Below are positions 1 to 9,950 of a stretch of DNA of 52,230 nt, piece by piece. A program made the position numbers and the translations under genes. The stretch covers positions 1 through 52,230 of the forward strand of contig JAGVJZ010000049.1 in the NCBI GenBank assembly GCA_020050845.1, written 5' to 3'. Within the stretch, counting starts at the first letter, position 1, and every line of letters begins with the position of its first letter. The notes below the pieces were generated by a model. It did not search any database. It was not told the DNA's origin and saw only the letters and a list, made by a program, of their open reading frames with translations. The stretch comes from Gammaproteobacteria bacterium (GTDB taxonomy: Bacteria > Pseudomonadota > Gammaproteobacteria > UBA6002).

Positions 1-2
1 AT

Positions 3-686
3 GAGCCACCAGTAGCAAATAGTCGTGGCATTATTATTACTTTCAATCCGGACAACCCTAAATCGGTTGATCATGCTAAAGAGGCTTACCATCGTTTACC
101 TCAAGATCGTAAAACGTTACCTAGCGTTTTTTTTGTTGCCATGATGACCGATAAAACTAATAGAGTGGTGGCTCAAAATCTTGCTAATCAATTTCAACGC
201 GCTACCGGTTGCCGCGCTTATCTAGCGAATACCAAAACGGGCGAAAATATTACTCATCTTTTTAAGCGCTTGAAAACTGACATTAATCAAGCCAAAAATC
301 CAACTCCCTTAGCAAGTTCTACCAATATTGGACAACGAAGCGCCACCAGTCAATTATCAAGCAGTGATGTCAGTAAATACAACAGCATCTGGTCAAATCC
401 ACAATGCCATACGCCAGAAGAGAGAATGCTTGCGATATTAAATGATTATTCCAAGGGAAGTGCATTTACCCGCTTTTTAAAAGGTGATTGGAACTATGTC
501 CATGTTGAAGCTATTTCTAAAATCTGTGAACAGGCTAAAAGCGAAGACTGGTCAAGCAAAGAAATTATAAAACATGTGCGCCAATATGCAGAACGAGATG
601 TCGAATTGTCGAAAGCGATTGAGTATATGGAATCACAGGATCCTTCGTTGATTGAGGATCAGAATGCACCTTCGGACACTATGTAG
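3..686 (+). CDS. hypothetical protein, 5' end cut by the window edge; the visible N-terminal part resembles the distal half of a divergent Ras/Rab-like small-GTPase fold
   Basis: Frame 3 is open from nt 3 into the tracked ORF 141..686, so the ATG at 141 is probably internal. The blocks RGIIITF, VFFVAMMTDK and LANTKTGENITHLFKRL occur in the order and spacing of Rab beta4, G4 (NKxD, here degenerate) and G5 (SAK, here NTK). The last ~110 aa cannot be assigned. Confidence 0.45.
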   Translation, partial: EPPVANSRGIIITFNPDNPKSVDHAKEAYHRLPQDRKTLPSVFFVAMMTDKTNRVVAQNLANQFQRATGCRAYLANTKTGENITHLFKRLKTDINQAKNPTPLASSTNIGQRSATSQLSSSDVSKYNSIWSNPQCHTPEERMLAILNDYSKGSAFTRFLKGDWNYVHVEAISKICEQAKSEDWSSKEIIKHVRQYAERDVELSKAIEYMESQDPSLIEDQNAPSDTM

Positions 687-707
687 CCGAAATTCTTTCA
701 CTATATT

Positions 708-731
708 CGTACCCGCGGGCGCGGGCACGAA
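708..731. repeat. partial (one-arm) copy of the GTGCCCG/CGGGCAC heptamer palindromic element
   Basis: cgcgggcgcgggcacgaa (714-731) is identical to 41467-41484 in the full copy. It lies between two convergent genes. Confidence 0.7.
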
Positions 732-738
732 TGTGACA

Positions 739-1458
739 CTACTCGCCACAACAATAACGCGAGCCACAACCTAGATCAAAATGTTCTAAACTACTACAGC
801 CTGGCTTTCCTTCCGCCACTAATTCTACAATAGGACGATCAAATAAAGTTTGAGCAATTTCATTTTCTAAGGTCGCTATCTTCGCAACTACACTCGGGTC
901 CAGTTTCGAAAAATCATTATATTCTTTAACTACACAAGGATTACATTCAAAACTACGTTGATTTAGCACCTCAAATCCTGCATCACGGATTAGTTGATCA
1001 CGCCCTTCGGTGCTAGCATCAAACAACGGATGCCAAACTTGGCGATCACCATAATATTCACTTTCTGGAATAAATTCTGGCAGCTGGAAACGTGCTCTAG
1101 AATCTTTTCTCCTTGATCCTAAAATTATGGTGCTCTCATTTTGTGGATCATGTTGGTCTAGGTAATCTAATAAAGGTAAAGCTTTTAAAAAGGTGGGACA
1201 CCATTGGTATTTTAAATTAGGAAAGGTTTTTCGCTCTTGCACTAATTCTGAAAAAGTTTTAGCTGGGGTTAAGGTAATAGTTTTAAATTGATATCGTCTT
1301 GCGAGTTGTTGTCCCTGCTCTACTCTCTCAAGCCAATCAGCAGATCCCATGCCTGTTGCGACATGAATCACCGTTACTTGATCGATGCCTTTAACATACG
1401 CCCATTGCATAACCGCAATAGTATTATCACCATAATTACCAAAAATAATATGCTGCAT
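739..1458 (-). CDS. PAPS reductase / PP-loop ATP-pyrophosphatase superfamily protein of unknown function
   Basis: The overall pattern is PAPS-reductase-like: N-terminal IIFGNYGDNTIAV in place of the SGGKDS-type loop, RKDSRAR, and a C-terminal Cys cluster GCGSRYCCGE. The preferred start is ATG 1458 (MQHIIF), 1 nt after the prpD stop; the tracked start at 1470 is TTG. Confidence 0.6.
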   Translation of the reverse strand: MQHIIFGNYGDNTIAVMQWAYVKGIDQVTVIHVATGMGSADWLERVEQGQQLARRYQFKTITLTPAKTFSELVQERKTFPNLKYQWCPTFLKALPLLDYLDQHDPQNESTIILGSRRKDSRARFQLPEFIPESEYYGDRQVWHPLFDASTEGRDQLIRDAGFEVLNQRSFECNPCVVKEYNDFSKLDPSVVAKIATLENEIAQTLFDRPIVELVAEGKPGCSSLEHFDLGCGSRYCCGE

Positions 1459-1459
1459 C

Positions 1460-2938
1460 TTAAATAACAAATAAATCCATAAAGTCTTTCACTGGCATTG
1501 CAGTGACTCTCTCTGGATCATGAAACAACGCGGCTAACTTTGTGGCACGTTGTTTTGGAAAACGGGTCGCTAAATTTTGCTCAAACTTCTGTATGAGTAA
1601 CGGAATACCTTCTTGGCGACGTTGACGATGCCCCAATGGATAATCAATAACGACTTCTTCTGTGGTCGAATCATCTTTAAAACTAATTTGAATTGCATTA
1701 GCGATTGAACGTTTATCTGCATCAAGATAATCATGACTAAATTGTGGTTCTTCTTTTACGATCATTTTACGTCGTAATTCATCTATCAAGGGATTCTTTG
1801 CAATGTGATCTTCATAATGATCTGAGGTTAATTGACCATAAATTAATGCAATCGCTACCATGTATTGCAAAGAATGATCGCGATCTGCAGCATTGTGCAA
1901 CGGTCCCTGCTTATTAATGATGCGAACCGCTGACTCTTGCGTTCTGATCATAATTTTATCAATTTGATCATATTGACCGTGGACTCGGTGATGGAGCTGC
2001 AATGCACATTCAACCGCTGTTTGACCGTGAAATTCTGCAGGATAGGCAATCTTAAATAAAATATTTTCCATCACATAACTTTGATAAGGGCGGGAAATTT
2101 TTAGTGGCTCACCCTTAAAATAAATATCGCAAAAACCCCATTTTTTTGCTGATAAGACACTTGGATAGCCCATCTCACCTTTTAAAGCTAACAGTGCTAA
2201 GAACACACCGCGACTGGTTGCATCACCTGCAGCCCAGGATTTACGACTGCCAGTATTAGGTGCGTGACGATAGGTTCGCAAACTTTGGCCGTCTAACCAG
2301 GCCAAGGAAACCGCGTTACAAATCGCATCATAATCGCCGCCTAAAAGCTTGGTCACCACCGCTGTCGTTGCTAATTTCACTAAAATGACGTGATCCAAAC
2401 CAACTCGGTTAAAACTATTCTCTAATGCTAATATGCCTTGTATTTCATAGGCTTTAATCATCGCCGTTAAAACATCTTGTACTGTGATTTCAGTTGATGA
2501 ATCTTGGCGTGCACAATAATCTAGAACCGCTAAAATTCCACCTAGATTATCGGAAGGATGACCCCACTCTGCCGCTAACCAAGTATCATTAAAATCTAGC
2601 CATCTTATTAATAAGCCGTTATTGAACGCGGCTAACACTGGATTTAGTTGCAACTGCGACCCAAGTACTCGTGAACCATTAAAAACAGTTTCATTGGGGA
2701 CTACCGGTCCCAATAATTTAATACATTCTGGAAAACGATAAGCAAGCAATGCACAACCAATTGAATCCATGAGACAGTGGTAGGCAGTTTTATAAGCCAA
2801 ATCTGAATTGATCTCATAATTCATTACATAATCGGCGATAGCACGAATTTCAGGATCAAACTCAGGACGTTCATTACGCTCTGCATTATGGGTTGGTTGG
2901 TCATTTGACATGTCTGACTTTAAAGGATCATTGAGCAT
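1460..2938 (-). CDS. prpD: 2-methylcitrate dehydratase (MmgE/PrpD family)
   Basis: A 492 aa protein with full-length PrpD-like sequence, in an operon with prpB and prpC. Its ATG lies inside the last codons of ispG (11-nt overlap). Confidence 0.92.
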   Translation of the reverse strand: MLNDPLKSDMSNDQPTHNAERNERPEFDPEIRAIADYVMNYEINSDLAYKTAYHCLMDSIGCALLAYRFPECIKLLGPVVPNETVFNGSRVLGSQLQLNPVLAAFNNGLLIRWLDFNDTWLAAEWGHPSDNLGGILAVLDYCARQDSSTEITVQDVLTAMIKAYEIQGILALENSFNRVGLDHVILVKLATTAVVTKLLGGDYDAICNAVSLAWLDGQSLRTYRHAPNTGSRKSWAAGDATSRGVFLALLALKGEMGYPSVLSAKKWGFCDIYFKGEPLKISRPYQSYVMENILFKIAYPAEFHGQTAVECALQLHHRVHGQYDQIDKIMIRTQESAVRIINKQGPLHNAADRDHSLQYMVAIALIYGQLTSDHYEDHIAKNPLIDELRRKMIVKEEPQFSHDYLDADKRSIANAIQISFKDDSTTEEVVIDYPLGHRQRRQEGIPLLIQKFEQNLATRFPKQRATKLAALFHDPERVTAMPVKDFMDLFVI

Positions 2939-4139
2939 AGTTATTCACCACGTAATCATTGATAATTGCTTTAAACTCATTAGAAATGTTATCGCCGCGT
3001 AATGTTTTAAACTTTTTGCCATCGACGAAAATAGGAGCGGAGGGTTCTTCTCCTGTACCTGGTAAGCTAATACCGATATTGGCATGCTTACTTTCTCCTG
3101 GACCATTCACAATGCAACCCATCACTGCGACTGTCATATTTTCAACACCATGATATTTCGCCTTCCACTGAGGCATTTGTTCCAATAAGAAAGCTTGTAC
3201 ATCCTGCGCTAGCTCTCTAAAGAAGACACTCGTGGTCCGACCACAGCCAGGGCAGGCAGTGACCATGGGATTAAAAAATCGAATACCCATCGTTTGTAAA
3301 ATTTCTTGAGAAACAATCACCTCTTTGATGCGCTTAGCACCGGGTTCTGGAGTCAGTGAAGTACGAATCGTGTCACCGATTCCTTGTTGCAACAAAATTC
3401 CCATTGCAATACTCGAAGCAACAATACTTTTTGAACCCATGCCCGCTTCTGTTAAACCAAGGTGTAAAGCATACTCACAACGTCTTGCTAATTCAGAATA
3501 CACTGAGACTAAATCTTGAACGGCACTGACTTTGCAAGAAATGATAATTTTATCGGCACCTAAACCCATAGACTCTGCAAACTTAGCGCTATTCAAAGCG
3601 GATAGAATCAAAGCTTCCTGTGTCATTTCTTTAGCGCTTTTTGGATCGCTGGATTTAGCATTTTCATCCATCAACTGCGCCACTAATGTTTTGTCCAAGC
3701 TTCCCCAGTTTACCCCAATTCGCACCGGTTTATTTTGTTCTAAAGCGACTTCAATCATGGTGGCAAATTGCTTATCACGCTTGTCGCCAAACCCTACATT
3801 GCCAGGATTGATTCGATACTTGTCTAAAGCTTGCGCACAATCTGGATATTTGGTTAACAACACATGACCGTTATAATGAAAATCACCGATTAATGGCACA
3901 GTGCAATTTTGGGCATGCAACAAATCTCTTATCTTCGCAACGCTCTGCGCTGCTTCTTCAGTATTGACCGTAAAACGAACGAGTTCAGAACCAGCATTAA
4001 CACACTCGATAATTTGACGGACTGTCGCCTTGACATCGACGGTATCGGTATCGGTCATGCACTGAACAGCAACGGGTGCATCACCACCGATAGTGACATT
4101 ACCCACTTTTACCGGAATACATTTTCTACGTGGTTGCAT
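2928..4139 (-). CDS. ispG: 4-hydroxy-3-methylbut-2-enyl diphosphate synthase (IspG/GcpE)
   Basis: N-terminal [20 protein letters not shown], the INPGN motif, and the Fe-S ligand motifs ACPGCGRT and GCIVNGPGE are intact. GAGG lies 5 nt upstream of the ATG. Confidence 0.92.
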   Translation of the reverse strand: MQPRRKCIPVKVGNVTIGGDAPVAVQCMTDTDTVDVKATVRQIIECVNAGSELVRFTVNTEEAAQSVAKIRDLLHAQNCTVPLIGDFHYNGHVLLTKYPDCAQALDKYRINPGNVGFGDKRDKQFATMIEVALEQNKPVRIGVNWGSLDKTLVAQLMDENAKSSDPKSAKEMTQEALILSALNSAKFAESMGLGADKIIISCKVSAVQDLVSVYSELARRCEYALHLGLTEAGMGSKSIVASSIAMGILLQQGIGDTIRTSLTPEPGAKRIKEVIVSQEILQTMGIRFFNPMVTACPGCGRTTSVFFRELAQDVQAFLLEQMPQWKAKYHGVENMTVAVMGCIVNGPGESKHANIGISLPGTGEEPSAPIFVDGKKFKTLRGDNISNEFKAIINDYVVNNYAQ

Positions 4140-4165
4140 AATTACCTCAATGATTTCTGTTAACT

Positions 4166-5308
4166 CTAGGAATCCTGAATAGATGATGAGACGCGTTGCT
4201 CAACTGGAACGTAAGGACGAGGAGAAGGTCCCGTATATTCCGCTAACGGTCTTATTAATTTATTGTTTTGTCTTTGCTCGATGATATGAGCTGCCCATCC
4301 TGCAGTTCTAGCAAAAACAAAGATAGGTGTAAACATATTTGTTGGAATTCCACAAAAATGGTAAGCCGATGCACTATAAAAATCTAAATTGGGGAATAGA
4401 CGTTTTTCATCCCACATAATTTTCTCAATACGCTCTGATACCGGATATAGAATTTGATCATTAACAGAATCTGCCAATAACTTGGACCAATGTTTAATCA
4501 CATTAGATCTTGGATCAGAAGTTTTATAAACACGATGTCCAAAGCCCATAATTAAGCTCTTATTTTTTAGCATTTCATGAAGCTGGGTCTGTGCTTCATC
4601 TGGAGAAGTGAATTTCTCAATCAGTTCCATGGCTTGTTCATTTGCGCCACCATGCAATGGTCCGCGTAATGTGCCAATGGCTGAGCAGATCGCAGAATAA
4701 AAATCGGCACCTGTGGAAGCCGTCACTCTGGCAGCGAAGGTCGAGGCATTAAATTCATGCTCAGCGTAAAGGATTAATGAAACATCCATTGCTCGAGTTT
4801 GCAGCGGCTCAGGCTCTTTTAAATGCAGTAGATGTAAAAAATATCCTGCGGTGGATTCGTTAGAGACATTCGTGTCGATTTTTTTACCATTTTGATGGTA
4901 GTGGTACCAATACAGTAACATCCCAGGGAAAGTAGCAATCAGTCGATCCGCAATATGATATTCATCATTTTCTGGAGTTTCTGGCTCTAAAGTTCCCAAT
5001 ACCGAACAACCACTTCTTAATACGTCCATCGGATGTGACTGACCTGGAGTTAATTCTAAAACTGTTTTAAGGGCATCCGGTAAGTTTCGTAAAGACATTA
5101 GATGTCGAATATACACTTTTAGTTGTTGCGAGGTGGGTAACTTGCCTCGAATTAAAAGATAAGCAACCTCTTCAAAGCTTGCATGTTCAGCCAGCTCATA
5201 AATAGAATAGCCACGATAATTGAGCCCCATACCTTCTTTACCAACGCTACTAATCGCTGTTTCGCCTGCAGTAATACCCGCTAAACCGGCACCTGGTTTC
5301 GTTGTCAT
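4166..5308 (-). CDS. prpC: 2-methylcitrate synthase (citrate synthase family)
   Basis: Carries the citrate-synthase signature [13 protein letters not shown] at ~380 aa, the PrpC size class. It lies between prpB and prpD. Confidence 0.88.
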   Translation of the reverse strand: MTTKPGAGLAGITAGETAISSVGKEGMGLNYRGYSIYELAEHASFEEVAYLLIRGKLPTSQQLKVYIRHLMSLRNLPDALKTVLELTPGQSHPMDVLRSGCSVLGTLEPETPENDEYHIADRLIATFPGMLLYWYHYHQNGKKIDTNVSNESTAGYFLHLLHLKEPEPLQTRAMDVSLILYAEHEFNASTFAARVTASTGADFYSAICSAIGTLRGPLHGGANEQAMELIEKFTSPDEAQTQLHEMLKNKSLIMGFGHRVYKTSDPRSNVIKHWSKLLADSVNDQILYPVSERIEKIMWDEKRLFPNLDFYSASAYHFCGIPTNMFTPIFVFARTAGWAAHIIEQRQNNKLIRPLAEYTGPSPRPYVPVEQRVSSSIQDS

Positions 5309-5322
5309 TATGGATCTCCCTC

Positions 5323-6192
5323 TTATTGTTCTTGCTCTGCAAGTTGTTCGTAATAATGATAATTTAAATATTCATATAAATCGTTTCTAGTTTGCATTAG
5401 ATCAATCACTTTTTCTTGGCTGCCATCTTTTCTGATGGTCTGATATACCTTAAGTGCCGCAGCATTCATGGCCCTAAATGCGCTTAGAGGATAAAGCACC
5501 ATTCGAATACCCACCTGACGAAGTTGTTCTACAGTAAACAAGGGAGTCTTACCAAATTCAGTGACATTTGCTAACACAGGAACGCTAACAGCCGCAACAA
5601 ACTGTTGGTATTGATCTAAGCTGGTAGCCGCTTCTGCAAAAATCATATCGGCGCCTGCCGCCACATAGGCTTTAGCTCGAGAGATAGCCTGCGGCAAACC
5701 TTCTGATGCGATCGCATCGGTTCGAGCCATAATCACAAAATCAGGATCAAGCTTAGCCTCAACTGCCGCTTTAATACGTTCAATCATTTCATCTTGGGTT
5801 ACTAACCGCTTTCCAGGACGATGCCCACAGCGCTTGGTGTCAATTTGATCTTCAAGATGAACACCAGCAGCCCCTGCCCTAGTCATTTCTTTAATGGTAC
5901 GTCGGATATTTAGAACACCTCCCCATCCAGTATCGGCATCGACTATCATCGGCAAATTAGTTGTGGCAGTGATGCGACGGACATCTTCCAAAACATCGGT
6001 CAGATTGGTCATTCCTAGATCTGGCAAAGCATGAGAAGCATTAGCGACTCCTGCACCAGATAAATAAATAGCACGAAAGCCACATTTTTCAGCTAGTAAA
6101 CTGGTATAGGCATTAATCGTTCCAACAATTTGTAAGGGATTTTCTTGCTGTAAAGCTTCACGAAAAAGCTTGCCTGCTGATGGTTTTGTCAT
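5323..6192 (-). CDS. prpB: methylisocitrate lyase
   Basis: Carries the ICL/PEP-mutase signature KRCGH ([11 protein letters not shown]) at 289 aa. There is an ATGA overlap with the upstream ligase gene. Confidence 0.92.
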   Translation of the reverse strand: MTKPSAGKLFREALQQENPLQIVGTINAYTSLLAEKCGFRAIYLSGAGVANASHALPDLGMTNLTDVLEDVRRITATTNLPMIVDADTGWGGVLNIRRTIKEMTRAGAAGVHLEDQIDTKRCGHRPGKRLVTQDEMIERIKAAVEAKLDPDFVIMARTDAIASEGLPQAISRAKAYVAAGADMIFAEAATSLDQYQQFVAAVSVPVLANVTEFGKTPLFTVEQLRQVGIRMVLYPLSAFRAMNAAALKVYQTIRKDGSQEKVIDLMQTRNDLYEYLNYHYYEQLAEQEQ

Positions 6193-7859
6193 TTGTGCTC
6201 CGTTTCTTCGGCTCTTAGCGCTCTCTTCAGAACCTTGCCCACGTTGGTCTTAGGAAGTGAATCTCTAAATTCAATCAGTTTAGGAATTTTGTAACCGGTC
6301 AGTTTTTGACGACAAAAACTGATGACTTCTTCTTCGGTTAATGACGGATCATTTCTTACAATATAAGCTTTAACTGCCTCTCCAGTATGGACATCAGGAA
6401 CACCCAAAACCGCTACTTCAGAAATACCTGGATGCATTGATAAAACATCTTCAATTTCCACAGAATAAACATTAAAACCGGAGACTAAAATCATATCTTT
6501 TTTGCGATCAATGATGTAAATATAACCACCGCTGTCGATCCTTGCGATATCACCCGTGCGTACCCAACCTTCTTTATTTAAAACCAGTGCAGTTTCTTCG
6601 GGCTGGTGCCAATAGCCTTTCATCACTTGTGGTCCTTTGACGGCTAATTCACCTGCCTCACCAATGGGAAGATCATCCCCGGCCTCATTAACAATAGCAA
6701 CGTCGGTTGATGGCATAGGTAACCCTATGCTAGGGGAAAAGAATTTTATGGTCAGTGGACTGATAGAAACGACTGGACTTGCCTCCGTTAGTCCATAACC
6801 CATAATAATATTCTTTTGAGTTAGTTCTTCCCAACGATCAGCAACTGACTGCAGTACAGGCATTCCTCCTGCTAAACATAGTTTGGTCTTGGTAAAATCA
6901 ATATTAAGAAATTCACGGTGACGCATCATTTCATGATAGAGAGTGTTGACTCCGATAAAAACGGTGAATGGATTTTTTTGTAGGTGCTTGATAAAGGAAG
7001 ACATGTCACGAGGGTTTGTAATCAGTCTTGATAAGCCTCCAAACCTAATAAAAGCAAAACAACAAATTGTCAGTGAAAAAATGTGGTACAAAGGTAGTGC
7101 TGTGATAACAATTTCTTTTCCAAACTCTAATGTCCCATCAATCCAGACAAGGCATTGCAAAATATTAGCCACCATGTTGCGATGGGTTAACATAGCGCCC
7201 TTTGGGACTCCAGTTGTACCGCCTGTGTATTGTAAAAATGCTAAATCCTCTGACTGGATATCTACGGTATCAAATGCGGGTTTATCGTGAAGTAAATCTC
7301 GATAAGAAATAGCATTCGTCAGGTTACTAGCTGGTGCCATTTTTTTTATATACTTAAGATAGGTGTTAATTCCGAATCTTTTCAGAGTTGAAAACTCGTC
7401 ACCTACTTCAGTGATAATAATGTGTTCTAGATTAGTTTCAGATAAAACCTTGGCTAATGCTTTAGTGAAATGCCCCAAAACAATAATTGCCTTAGCGCCC
7501 GAATCTTTTAGCGGTAGTAACAATTCTCTTTCGGTATAAAGCGGGTTGATGTTCACTACGACCAAGCCAGCTTGTAGAGCGGCCATTAATGCAATAGGAT
7601 ACTGCAGAAGATTAGGCATCATTAAAGCAATACGATCCCCTTTAACGAGTCCCAATTTCTTTTGTAAACATGCAGCCAAATGAACACTCTTATCATGAAG
7701 CTCACGATAAGTTATAGTCGTCCCGAGATTTTCTAACGCTGGTAAATCAGCATATTTCTGACAAGCGTCTATTAATAATACGCTGAGCGATGGATAAGCA
7801 TCAGGATCAATAGTCGGCGGTACTCCAGGTGGATAACTCTTCAGCCATATTTTTTCCAT
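6189..7859 (-). CDS. FadD-type acyl-CoA synthetase (AMP-binding), first gene of the prp operon
   Basis: Has the FadD-like N-terminus [14 protein letters not shown] and the AMP-binding motif [18 protein letters not shown]. It is translationally coupled to prpB (ATGA). Confidence 0.85.
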   Translation of the reverse strand: MEKIWLKSYPPGVPPTIDPDAYPSLSVLLIDACQKYADLPALENLGTTITYRELHDKSVHLAACLQKKLGLVKGDRIALMMPNLLQYPIALMAALQAGLVVVNINPLYTERELLLPLKDSGAKAIIVLGHFTKALAKVLSETNLEHIIITEVGDEFSTLKRFGINTYLKYIKKMAPASNLTNAISYRDLLHDKPAFDTVDIQSEDLAFLQYTGGTTGVPKGAMLTHRNMVANILQCLVWIDGTLEFGKEIVITALPLYHIFSLTICCFAFIRFGGLSRLITNPRDMSSFIKHLQKNPFTVFIGVNTLYHEMMRHREFLNIDFTKTKLCLAGGMPVLQSVADRWEELTQKNIIMGYGLTEASPVVSISPLTIKFFSPSIGLPMPSTDVAIVNEAGDDLPIGEAGELAVKGPQVMKGYWHQPEETALVLNKEGWVRTGDIARIDSGGYIYIIDRKKDMILVSGFNVYSVEIEDVLSMHPGISEVAVLGVPDVHTGEAVKAYIVRNDPSLTEEEVISFCRQKLTGYKIPKLIEFRDSLPKTNVGKVLKRALRAEETEHK

Positions 7860-7923
7860 AAAATATTTCCTTGACCTAGATTTAATGTTTTACTATCAAA
7901 AAAATTAGCAGGGACTGGATTAG

Positions 7924-8619
7924 ATGAATGTCAAAAATCAACAAGCAACACAAACTGCTTTTCAATTAAAAGGAAGTGTCCTCACCGTTAGTGTACTACA
8001 ACTACTAACCTTTGATTGCAATGCAATCGCCATTCAACTCGAAGAATTAGTCAAAAAAAATCCAAATTTTTTTCAGCACATGCCCATTGTGATTGATTTA
8101 CAAAAAATGTACTCGCTCGATAATGACATGGATTTTACAGAAATCAATGCGCAGCTGCGAAAAAATAATTTAGTACCTGTCGGAATCATCAACGCCAACC
8201 CTAAGCAACTGGCAGCCGCAACGAGCATTGGACTAGGAATCCTCCCTAATCTCAAAACGACTCAACCAAAAACTTCGGCTAAAAAAATAGAACGTTCCAA
8301 AGTCATCACGGCTCCTGTACGTTCGGGTCAACAAATTTATGCCAAAGGAACTGATCTGATCGTCTTATCGTCAGTTAGTAATGGCGCCGAAATTTTGGCA
8401 GACGGCAATATCCATGTGTATGGTTCGCTTCGCGGTAGAGCAATTGCTGGTGCTTCAGGAGATACTACCGCGCGAATATTCTGTAGCAAGCTCGAAGCAG
8501 AATTAATTTCAATTGCCGGTTACTATAAGTTGCAAGAGGATATTGCGGCTCTTGAACAGCAAACATCTATTCAAGTATTTCTGGAGGAAGATCATTTAGT
8601 TTTTGCAACTTTGGTTTGA
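7924..8619 (+). CDS. minC: septum site-determining protein MinC
   Basis: The C-terminal beta-helix motif [24 protein letters not shown] is present, and the gene lies upstream of minD/minE. Confidence 0.9.
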   Translation: MNVKNQQATQTAFQLKGSVLTVSVLQLLTFDCNAIAIQLEELVKKNPNFFQHMPIVIDLQKMYSLDNDMDFTEINAQLRKNNLVPVGIINANPKQLAAATSIGLGILPNLKTTQPKTSAKKIERSKVITAPVRSGQQIYAKGTDLIVLSSVSNGAEILADGNIHVYGSLRGRAIAGASGDTTARIFCSKLEAELISIAGYYKLQEDIAALEQQTSIQVFLEEDHLVFATLV

Positions 8620-8630
8620 TCCACTTCTTA

Positions 8631-8680
8631 CGTGCCCGAAAAAAAATCGGGCACGGGGCACGCACGCGGGCACGGGCACG
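8631..8680. repeat. GTGCCCG-heptamer palindromic element (short left arm, full right arm) inside the minC-minD spacer
   Basis: Sequence is cgtgcccg-aaaaaaaat-cgggcacggggcacgcacgcgggcacgggcacg. The hairpin is CGTGCCCG/CGGGCACG, and the right arm carries four G-runs. Confidence 0.85.
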
Positions 8681-8794
8681 TATAAAGAAAGGTGTAATAC
8701 TGGCAAAAAATACTAACCAGTTCACTTCCACTGACAAACAAAAGGAAGTAGAATTCGAGCGCTCTTTATAACGCATGTTTTGGATAGGAAGAAA

Positions 8795-9625
8795 ATGGCA
8801 AAAATAGTTGTTGTAACCTCAGGTAAGGGTGGTGTCGGTAAAACAACATCGACCGCAGCATTTGGAACTGGACTCGCTGTTCGTGGCTTTAAAACGGTAT
8901 TGATCGACTTCGATGTTGGCTTGCGTAATCTTGACTTAGCAATGGGTTGTGAAGGTCGTGTGGTCTATGACTTGATTAATGTTATCAATGGTGAAGCTAA
9001 GCTGCGCCAGGCTCTAATAAAAGACAAACGCAATGAAAATCTCTATATCTTGCCTGCCTCACAAACTCGCGACAAAGATGCTTTGAGTATTGAAGGTGTT
9101 GAAAAGGTCCTCGACGAACTTCGAGCTGATTTTGATTATATTGTATGCGACTCACCTGCTGGCATTGAAAAAGGTGCCATGATGGCAATGCGCTTTGCAG
9201 ATCAAGCGGTTGTAGTCACCAATCCTGAAATTTCTTCTGTTCGTGATTCGGATAGAGTGTTAGGAATCTTGGCAAGCAAAACCAAACGAGTTGAGGAAGG
9301 GCTAGAACCACCATCACAACATCTTTTACTCACTCGCTATTCACCACTTCGAGTTGAACGCGGGGACATGCTGAGTGTCATCGACGTAAAAGAAATTCTA
9401 GCAGTACCACTATTGGGCGTTATCCCTGAATCACAGGCGGTATTGAGAGCTTCAAATGCTGGTGTACCTGTCATCCTAGACCAGGACAGTGATGCAGGAC
9501 AAGCATACTCCGATGCAGTGGGTCGATTCTTGGGTGAGGATATTCCACATCGCTTTCTAAACGCCAACAAGAAAGGATTCTTAAAAAGACTATTTAGTAA
9601 AGAAAAGGATGATGTAGTCGTATGA
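8795..9625 (+). CDS. minD: septum site-determining ATPase MinD
   Basis: Begins MAKIVVVTSGKGGVGKTT (deviant Walker A). ATG 8795 is preceded by AGGAAG; the tracked start at 8780 is TTG. Confidence 0.96.
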   Translation: MAKIVVVTSGKGGVGKTTSTAAFGTGLAVRGFKTVLIDFDVGLRNLDLAMGCEGRVVYDLINVINGEAKLRQALIKDKRNENLYILPASQTRDKDALSIEGVEKVLDELRADFDYIVCDSPAGIEKGAMMAMRFADQAVVVTNPEISSVRDSDRVLGILASKTKRVEEGLEPPSQHLLLTRYSPLRVERGDMLSVIDVKEILAVPLLGVIPESQAVLRASNAGVPVILDQDSDAGQAYSDAVGRFLGEDIPHRFLNANKKGFLKRLFSKEKDDVVV

Positions 9626-9873
9626 GTATACTGGATATATTTCGCAACACTAAAAAATCTTCGGCTAGTCTTGCAAAAGATCGTTTGTTACAGTTGATTG
9701 TTGACCAACGCAAAATTGATAGGCTAGACCTTGATAAACTACAAAGAGAACTTATTGAAGTTATTTCTCGTTATTTGCCAATTAATGAGCATGAAGTAAC
9801 CGTTGAAGTGGAACGCGATGACAATCGCTGCATTTTAGAATTAAACGTTGTTCTTCCAGAAAATATTGCTTAA
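9622..9873 (+). CDS. minE: cell division topological specificity factor MinE
   Basis: An 83 aa protein with a MinE-type N-terminus (MSILDIFR) and an ATGA overlap with minD. Confidence 0.92.
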   Translation: MSILDIFRNTKKSSASLAKDRLLQLIVDQRKIDRLDLDKLQRELIEVISRYLPINEHEVTVEVERDDNRCILELNVVLPENIA

Positions 9874-9950
9874 CTACTTTATTTTGTTTCTAATAGCACA
9901 AGGTAAGTGGCAGATCGATAAACTTTGCAACTAAAAAGGAAATTTTGTTT

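Noticed and set aside
2928-4139. ispG as a decaying pseudogene or distant paralogue
   Set aside because: The ORF is full-length, all recalled catalytic and Fe-S motifs are intact, and it has its own Shine-Dalgarno sequence.
2959-4163. Four plus-strand ORFs (64-111 aa) antisense to ispG
   Set aside because: They lie entirely inside a well-supported minus-strand gene, have no motifs and show low-complexity composition. They are typical shadow ORFs.
6943-7290. A 115-aa plus-strand ORF inside the acyl-CoA ligase gene
   Set aside because: It is an antisense shadow ORF within a gene with clear AMP-binding motifs.
8567-8776. A 69-aa minus-strand ORF across the minC-minD spacer, with the similar ORF at 41424..41630
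   Set aside because: Their Arg/Ala-rich stretches (RARARVRAPCP, RARERTRARARR) are simply translations of the GTGCCCG heptamer repeat.
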